From: Microcystis aeruginosa NIES-2549
GTDB lineage: Bacteria; Cyanobacteriota; Cyanobacteriia; Cyanobacteriales; Microcystaceae
Direction of reading: 5' to 3'
NCBI RefSeq assembly: GCF_000981785.2
Contig: NZ_CP011304.1
Coordinates: 2,010,001 to 2,042,000, forward strand
DNA length: 32,000 nt
Shown here: positions 26,563 through 32,000 of the stretch, piece by piece
Layout of the letters: the number at the start of each line of letters is the position of its first letter
How positions within the stretch are numbered: position 1 is the first letter of the stretch
Notes under the pieces: generated by a model
What the model was told of the DNA's origin: nothing
What the model saw: the letters and a program-made list of their open reading frames with translations, nothing else
The model's database searches: none
Translations under genes and position numbers: made by a program

Positions 26563-27816
26563 ATGAGCAATCGCATCGAGTGGATTAATGCCCTATCAAC
26601 CCGTCCCTCCCTAGAAGCGGCGGTGACGGAGGTAGTAGAAAAAGTGCAAGATAAGTTAGTTGGATCGGCAGATCTAGCCATAATTTTTATTTCTTCTGCC
26701 TATGCCAGCGACTATCCCCGTTTAGTTCCCTTAATCTTGGATAAACTCCCCGTTCCTGTGCTGATCGGCTGCGGTGGGGCGGGGATTGTCGGCATGGGTG
26801 AGAGGGAAAAAGCGCGAGAAATCGAAGCGAGTCCGGCTTTAAGTCTCACCGTCGCCCATTTGCCCAATGTGGAAGTGCAGCCCTTCTATATCGAAGCGGC
26901 GGAAATGCCCGATCTCGACAGTTCCCCCTCTAGTTGGACAGAATTATTAGGGGTAGAAGCGGCCAAAAATCCCCAATTTATCCTTTTAGCCGATCCTTTT
27001 TCCAGTCGCATCAATGATCTGTTAGAGGGTTTGGATTTTGCCTACCCCGGTTCGGCCAAAATCGGCGGTTTAGTCAGTGGTGGCATGATCGAACGTTCTG
27101 GGGGTCTATTCTACCACGATCAAAAAAAACCGCGTAATACCTATCTCTATCGTCAGGGAACCGTAGGAATCGCCCTTTCTGGCAATATTATCGTCGAAAC
27201 TATCGTCGCCCAGGGTTGTCGTCCCATCGGACCGATTTATCAGGTGAGTGAGGGAGAACGCAATATTATCATCTCCATGACCGGTAAAGGGGCCGATGGT
27301 ACTCCCCAACCACCTTTAAACCTACTGCGGGATTTAATCCCCTCCTTAAGCGAAAAAGACCGAGAATTGTCGCAACACTCCCTTTTTATCGGTATTGCTA
27401 GGGATGAGTTTAAAATGCAGTTGCGGGCCGGGGATTTCTTAATTCGCAATGTTTTGGGAGTAGATCCTCGCCAAGGTGCGATCGCAATTGGCGATCGAGT
27501 TCGTCCGGGGCAGCGGGTACAATTTCACCTGCGCGATGCCGACACTTCCGCTCTAGATTTAGAATTACTTCTGCAAGCTTTTCCCCGAGACAAACCTAAT
27601 AGCTCAGAGGTACTAGGTGCTTTAATCTTTTCCTGTCTCGGTCGCGGGGAAAATCTCTACGAAAAACCGGACTTTGATTCGGGTCTTTTTCAGCGTTATT
27701 TCGCCAATGTTCCCCTTGCCGGTTTCTTTTGCAATGGGGAAATCGGGCCGGTGGCCGGTCGCACTTTTTTACACGGTTATACCTCGGCTTTTGCCCTCTT
27801 TCGTCAGGGAATTTAA
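26563..27816 (+). CDS. FIST N- and C-domain signal-transduction protein
   Basis: DLAIIFISSAY, IGCGGAGIVG and PLAGFFCNGEIGPV are the FIST pattern. ATG at 26563 is preferred over the TTG at 26536. Confidence 0.85.
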   Translation: MSNRIEWINALSTRPSLEAAVTEVVEKVQDKLVGSADLAIIFISSAYASDYPRLVPLILDKLPVPVLIGCGGAGIVGMGEREKAREIEASPALSLTVAHLPNVEVQPFYIEAAEMPDLDSSPSSWTELLGVEAAKNPQFILLADPFSSRINDLLEGLDFAYPGSAKIGGLVSGGMIERSGGLFYHDQKKPRNTYLYRQGTVGIALSGNIIVETIVAQGCRPIGPIYQVSEGERNIIISMTGKGADGTPQPPLNLLRDLIPSLSEKDRELSQHSLFIGIARDEFKMQLRAGDFLIRNVLGVDPRQGAIAIGDRVRPGQRVQFHLRDADTSALDLELLLQAFPRDKPNSSEVLGALIFSCLGRGENLYEKPDFDSGLFQRYFANVPLAGFFCNGEIGPVAGRTFLHGYTSAFALFRQGI

Positions 27817-27854
27817 GGCTATACTAAATAGTTAGTACGCTAGGGAGTAGAACG

Positions 27855-28568
27855 ATGGTAAAAGCCCAATCTTTCTCTGAGTCGGAGATTATCTATGCCG
27901 ATAGTGACGGTAAACCGATGGCCGATCATACCAAACAGTTTCGCTGGATTGTGACGATTAAGGAAAATCTCGAATGTTTATTCGCAGAGAATGACCATGT
28001 GTTTATCGCCGGCGATCTGTTGTGGTATCCCGTCGAGGGGGATAATAAAACTTGTCAAGCGCCGGATGCTATGGTGGTGTTTGGCAGACCCAAGGGCGAT
28101 CGAGGTTCCTATAAGCAATGGTTAGAAAACCAGATTGCGCCGCAGGTGGTCTTTGAAATTCTCTCTCGGGGCAACACCAAAGCGGAAATGCGCCGAAAAT
28201 GGCAATTTTATCAGCGTTTTGGCGTAGAAGAATATTATCTCTATGATCCCGATGCTAATTATCTACAGGGTTGGTGGCGCAGGGGTGATCACTTGGAGTT
28301 GATTCCTGCGATCGATAATTGGCTGAGTCCGCGGCTACAGATTCGTTTTCAACTGGAGAGTCCCCAGTTAGCTATTTTTTATCCCGATGGCTCGCGGTTT
28401 TTGACCACCCTAGAAATCAAGCAAAAGGCTGAATTAGCCGAACAAAGGGCCAGGACCGCCGAACAGCAAGCCCAACAGGAACGGCAACGGGCCCGGGAAG
28501 CTGAGGCAAAATTAGCCCGCTTAGAGGCGCAATTACGGGCCCTGGGGATTAATCTAGAGGAAAGCTAA
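27855..28568 (+). CDS. Uma2 family (DUF820) putative endonuclease with a C-terminal coiled coil
   Basis: PDAMVVFGRPKGDR, VVFEILSRGN and EYYLYDP, then the tail AEQRARTAEQQAQQERQRAREAEAKLARLEAQLRALG. Confidence 0.85.
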   Translation: MVKAQSFSESEIIYADSDGKPMADHTKQFRWIVTIKENLECLFAENDHVFIAGDLLWYPVEGDNKTCQAPDAMVVFGRPKGDRGSYKQWLENQIAPQVVFEILSRGNTKAEMRRKWQFYQRFGVEEYYLYDPDANYLQGWWRRGDHLELIPAIDNWLSPRLQIRFQLESPQLAIFYPDGSRFLTTLEIKQKAELAEQRARTAEQQAQQERQRAREAEAKLARLEAQLRALGINLEES

Positions 28569-29344
28569 CGAGAGGCGGGAAGAACGGGATTTAACCACTG
28601 GAGAATCTCATCTTTGAGACGGGAATTATCCCGGGCAAGTCCCTGTTTTAACCATTGGCCGATCGCATCGAGGGGAGTAAATACTTCTCCGGTTTGCCAA
28701 CTGACATCTTGACTCAAGGGAGTGAGATGATTACCCGGGAGAGTTCGCAGGGCAATTAAATCATTAAAGCGTTTTTTTAGCAGGGGATTTAATACCAGCG
28801 ATTGATCGATCGTGTCGTCTTGAAAACGGATTAAAAGATTGCGACGAATGGCATAATCTTGGAAAATTAACTCGTTTGTTTCTTCGGGGGAAGGGGTAAA
28901 TTCGAGGTTAAAAGTGGTGTCAATTTGTAAAGGTTCGATAAAAGGAATAGCCCGACGAATGGGATAATTATTAAAGGAAATGAGGATATTTCCTTCCCGT
29001 TCCACTTCGTAGAGACTACCGATTAATAAATGTAGTTTACAACCCATACTGTGACCCAATCCGTAGATGGGGAGATAACCTTGGGGCAGACTATGATTCC
29101 AGCGCAGACGTTCAATAATATTATCAAAACGGTTTAAAACTGTGCGGGCGATCGATTTGTGATCGAGGGTATTAATAAAGGGAGTCGCGACAATAGCGTA
29201 TCCTGAATTGCCAAGACTTTCTAATAACCAACGATAGGTAATATTCGGGGCTGCCGCCACAAATGCCCCCCCTAAAAAGTGAATGATACCCCGGGGACGA
29301 CGGGGGAGAAAAACCCAATTACCTGCTATTTCTTGCCAATTCAT
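28565..29344 (-). CDS. DUF1350 family alpha/beta-hydrolase-like protein
   Basis: GIIHFLGGAFVAAAPNITYRWLLE and the nucleophile elbow GLGHSMG. The stop overlaps the Uma2 stop (convergent genes). Confidence 0.8.
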   Translation of the reverse strand: MNWQEIAGNWVFLPRRPRGIIHFLGGAFVAAAPNITYRWLLESLGNSGYAIVATPFINTLDHKSIARTVLNRFDNIIERLRWNHSLPQGYLPIYGLGHSMGCKLHLLIGSLYEVEREGNILISFNNYPIRRAIPFIEPLQIDTTFNLEFTPSPEETNELIFQDYAIRRNLLIRFQDDTIDQSLVLNPLLKKRFNDLIALRTLPGNHLTPLSQDVSWQTGEVFTPLDAIGQWLKQGLARDNSRLKDEILQWLNPVLPASR

Positions 29345-29420
29345 AATTAGTTATCAGTGAATTAAGTAGCTGGTTATAATTAAATTAAAAATAGATTTTA
29401 GGTTCGATCCCTCCTTAGTC

Positions 29421-29520
29421 CTAGGGTTGATTCATAGTAGGGTTGATTCATGAATCAACCCTACCTTTAGTCCCCCCTTGATAAGGGTGGTGTCTGATAA
29501 TTTTTAACGCCTACCTACTT
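29421..29520. repeat. second copy of the composite palindromic element seen at 4125..4258
   Basis: ctagggttgattcatagtagggttgattcatgaatcaaccctacc, then ...ccccccttgataagggtggtgtctgataatttttaacgcctacctactt. Confidence 0.85.
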
Positions 29521-29663
29521 AATAACTTAGTCACTCACCAAATAAATACCACTTCATATTATACTAAATCCTGTTTAAAAGGGATAGGATATTAGTCAGA
29601 GATTGGCACGGCTGGATAAGGATAACTGCTTACCCAAGTCATCAAAAATCGGGATGAATAGTT

Positions 29664-30230
29664 CTAGTCGAGTTTTTTCTTAATAAAAGCCACTAATTGA
29701 GACATTTGTTTCTTGATAGTTTCCATTTCTGTTTGCATTTGGGCAATTTGGGCATGGAGAGTCTGAATATCGGTGCTATAATCCCCAGTGAGTTCCTCTA
29801 GTTTCGGGCTAGAAACTGTCGGTTTGGGAGAATACTGTTTTGCCTTGGCTATCGCTTCTTTAATCGCTTGTATTAATTGTTTTTGGTCGAAAGGCTTCTC
29901 AATAAAGGCAAAATACTGGAAAGGTTCGGGTATTTTCTCTACTAGCTCCTCTTTCCTTCCCGACATTAACACTAGGGGGATACTTTTGAGATTATCTTCG
30001 CTTTGGATTTGCTGAAACACCTCCCAACCGCTCATTTTTGGGAGAAGGAAGTCCAAAATAATCAAATTCGGGTTTTCAGTACGGATGAGATTATAGCCCT
30101 CTAATCCGTCTTTAGCTTCGAGGAATTCAAAGTTACCCTCTGGTAACATATCGCGAACGCGCATCCTAATCACTTTACTGTCATCGATAACGAGAATTTT
30201 ATGATTTGACACGATAGACACCTTAGACAA
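29664..30230 (-). CDS. CheY-like response regulator (receiver domain plus C-terminal coiled coil, no DNA-binding domain)
   Basis: KILVIDDS, LIILDFLLPKMSG, LVLMSG and EKPF. The track start is a TTG at 30230; GTG at 30221 or 30212 are alternatives. Confidence 0.9.
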   Translation of the reverse strand: MSKVSIVSNHKILVIDDSKVIRMRVRDMLPEGNFEFLEAKDGLEGYNLIRTENPNLIILDFLLPKMSGWEVFQQIQSEDNLKSIPLVLMSGRKEELVEKIPEPFQYFAFIEKPFDQKQLIQAIKEAIAKAKQYSPKPTVSSPKLEELTGDYSTDIQTLHAQIAQMQTEMETIKKQMSQLVAFIKKKLD

Positions 30231-30313
30231 GAGACAATAGATAAACTCGATGATTCGAGGGGATATTGGCGAAAACTTTCGGCATAGGCATTGAGGATTC
30301 CCAAAAAACCCTT

Positions 30314-30480
30314 AGAAACTAACATACATCTTGACACTCCCGTCGCGCTCATGCGAGAGATTCTTGGTTCATCGAGTTTCCTTAATCTGGCAGGACGTAT
30401 CCAACCAAACCAGAGGGAATCTCTCCCCAAGCGTATTAGTTTCGGTATGCCCTACCGTACTTAGTCCCTTTTTGAGAATG
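30314..30480 (-). ncRNA. candidate omega (right-end) RNA of the tnpB element
   Basis: By analogy with characterised TnpB systems, the guide RNA overlaps the tnpB 3' end. Stem potential is seen in gaatctctcgcatgagcgcgacgggagtgtcaag just past the stop. Extent not determinable by eye. Confidence 0.35.
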
Positions 30481-31745
30481 TTGATAGCGGCGTTAATATC
30501 TCTATCTTCTACATAGCCACAGTGGGGACAAATATGGGTTCTTGTCGATAGAGATTTAGGGACTTTTTGACCACAATTAGAACAATTTTGACTCGTGTTA
30601 TGGGGGGCTACTGCTACCGTAGCCTTACCATATTTAAAGCCAAAATATTCTAACCATTGCCGAAAAGTTGACCAAGCCACATCATTAATAGATTTAGAGA
30701 GTTTAGAGTTTTTTACCATGCCTTGAATATTTAAGTTTTCGTAGGCGATGAAATCGTTAGATTTAATGACGTGCAATGCCTCTTTTTCGACAAAGCCTTT
30801 ACGTTGCCTACTTACTCTTAAATGCTTTCTAGCATATCTCTTTCTAGCTTTTTGGTAGTTGTTTGATTGGGGTTGACCTTTTCTAAACTTTTTAGATTTT
30901 TTCCGATTCAGACGGTTTAATCTTTTTTCTGCCTGGCGATAGTATTGCGGTATTTCTACCGTTTCCCCATCACTATTAGCGTAGAAAACTTTTAAACCTA
31001 CATCCAATCCCACACATCTTTTAGTCGGTTCTAGCGGTTTAGCATATTCCCGAATATCAACACTTAGACAGAATTGGACATAATAACCGTCTGCTCGTTT
31101 AACAATCCTAACTCGTTTAATTTGGTCTATGGGGTAAAAGTTTAGGTCTCTAGTTCCTTTTAGTTTAACCGTGCCAATGTTTTTCTTATCTGTGAAAGTG
31201 ATTTTCTTTCTATCCTCTGATAATTTCCATCCGGAGTTTTTATATTCCACAGAACGATTATTTTTCTGAAATTTAGGATAACCTTTTTTTCCTTTAACCT
31301 TTTTCTTACAATTATCATAGAAACGGGCAATAGCTGACCAAGCTCGTTCGGCCGATGCTTGTCTGGCCGTAGAATTTAGAGTATCGACAAACTTGAACTG
31401 TTTGGCGAGAACTGCACAATATTTATTGAGAGAATATTTATCGATTTTGTCTTCTCTCTTGGCATCCATCCAAAGCCTTAAAGCCTTATTTCTGATGAAT
31501 TGTACTGTACGAATAGCTTCATCAATGGCAGAACATTGACTTGGTTTGACCACGGCTTTCATTTCTAAGACAATCATTGTTGATCGACCTCAAACAACTT
31601 ATTTTAAGTTAACCTGTAGAGCATCGGATTGTCAAGATTTTAGTTGTGCTTCGCTGTTTTATATTGGTCGGGGTTTCATCCCGTTGCGCTCAAGCAAGGG
31701 CTTCGGCCGTGAGCTCAGCCGAACGGTCTTCACCCCGACATTTGA
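30330..31745 (-). mobile_element. tnpB-only IS200/IS605-family element (IS1341-like); boundaries approximate (plus or minus 15 nt)
   Basis: An intact tnpB without tnpA. A long imperfect hairpin at the 5' end pairs gtcggggt (31667..31674) with accccgac (31732..31739). A structured 3' end stops near gtcaag (about 30330). Confidence 0.7.
30369..31577 (-). CDS. tnpB: RNA-guided endonuclease TnpB (IS605 OrfB family)
   Basis: RuvC triad contexts GLDVGLK, AYENLNIQGM and EDRDINAAINI, plus the zinc finger CSNCGQK...CPHCG. 402 aa with no frameshift. Confidence 0.93.
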   Translation of the reverse strand: MIVLEMKAVVKPSQCSAIDEAIRTVQFIRNKALRLWMDAKREDKIDKYSLNKYCAVLAKQFKFVDTLNSTARQASAERAWSAIARFYDNCKKKVKGKKGYPKFQKNNRSVEYKNSGWKLSEDRKKITFTDKKNIGTVKLKGTRDLNFYPIDQIKRVRIVKRADGYYVQFCLSVDIREYAKPLEPTKRCVGLDVGLKVFYANSDGETVEIPQYYRQAEKRLNRLNRKKSKKFRKGQPQSNNYQKARKRYARKHLRVSRQRKGFVEKEALHVIKSNDFIAYENLNIQGMVKNSKLSKSINDVAWSTFRQWLEYFGFKYGKATVAVAPHNTSQNCSNCGQKVPKSLSTRTHICPHCGYVEDRDINAAINILKKGLSTVGHTETNTLGERFPLVWLDTSCQIKETR

Positions 31746-31751
31746 GATAAA

Positions 31752-31777
31752 GAAAAAACCTCGGTTAATGTCCGAGG
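31752..31777 (-). terminator. rho-independent terminator just outside the IS left end
   Basis: The minus strand reads cctcgg-acattaa-ccgagg-tttttt. It is a paralogue of the 22179..22206 terminator module. Confidence 0.55.
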
Positions 31778-31878
31778 CTGCTGTTGTAGGAGAACTCAAT
31801 GCAAAACAAAAGGAAGATACCAAAACCAAAGAGGTTTTTATCGGTAAATCACCCTTATTGTCCCATTGTAACCCCTGT

Positions 31879-32000
31879 TTAAGCGTATCGGGATGAAGTA
31901 GCACTTTTTAGGGCTAAATAACCTAAACCGAGACATAAAAGCGCATTTACGCCCAAAAATGCCTGAGCGCTCCTACCAGAACCTAACCAGACCAGAGTAG
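31879..32000 (-). CDS. possible 3' end of a membrane-protein gene entering from the right edge
   Basis: Own translation: ...TLVWLGSGRSAQAFLGVNALLCLGLGYLALKSATSSRYA then stop (TAA at 31881..31879), open to the window edge. It is hydrophobic and followed about 100 nt later by a terminator. Only 39 codons are visible. Confidence 0.25.
   Translation of the reverse strand, partial: TLVWLGSGRSAQAFLGVNALLCLGLGYLALKSATSSRYA

Noticed and set aside
29395-29420. tRNA-like T-arm string ggttcgatccctcc
   Set aside because: The flanks cannot form a T-stem or acceptor stem, and the upstream sequence is AT-rich without D or anticodon arms. It is probably a chance match at the edge of a repeat element.
30170-30516. 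ORFs 30170..30430 (-) and 30331..30516 (+) at the tnpB 3' end
   Set aside because: They overlap the tnpB C-terminus, the predicted omega-RNA scaffold and the response-regulator start. They are better explained as non-coding structured IS end sequence.
31546-31904. ORFs 31546..31896 (+) and 31659..31904 (-) upstream of tnpB
   Set aside because: They run through the IS left-end hairpin, the shared 22-nt repeat and a terminator. They show no coding features and overlap each other on opposite strands.

Overview
Housekeeping-rich chromosomal segment of a cyanobacterium. Evidence: at least nine GCGATCGC (HIP1) palindromes, STRR-like heptamer arrays, plant-type petF, PEP-CTERM proteins, two Uma2/DUF820 genes and a tnpB-only IS. 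The repeat content looks most like Microcystis, but that is a guess from memory, not a search result. Confident core genes: ligA, pepP-like, PhzF-like, petF, anmK, thiS, thiE, hisIE, a GT2 glycosyltransferase, a Wzm/Wzt-like ABC-2 exporter, a second ABC ATPase, an L,D-transpeptidase, a SemiSWEET, a FIST protein, a DUF1350 protein, a CheY-like regulator, and the start of sppA at the left edge. No rRNA, tRNA or CRISPR array was found. Intergenic DNA is packed with small repeats: heptamer arrays, a 16-mer palindromic array family, and MITEs with terminal inverted repeats. Most unusual loci: (1) 17672..21204, a probable operon. It encodes a flavoprotein-disulfide-reductase homologue without CxxxxC, a Tmk-fold protein whose Walker-A Lys is Thr, and a 497-aa protein with a thymidylate-synthase core between an MtrA-like N-domain and a DUF4346-like tail. 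(2) 11897..15545, an IS607-type serine recombinase homologue lacking the catalytic Ser. It sits next to two tandem PEP-CTERM cassettes with conserved 5' and 3' flanks and unrelated protein cores. (3) 365..1494, a DUF4160 / DUF2442-XRE gene pair. (4) 30330..31745, an intact tnpB element whose omega-RNA end abuts a response-regulator gene. All calls come from reading the sequence and ORF translations; no database search was run.
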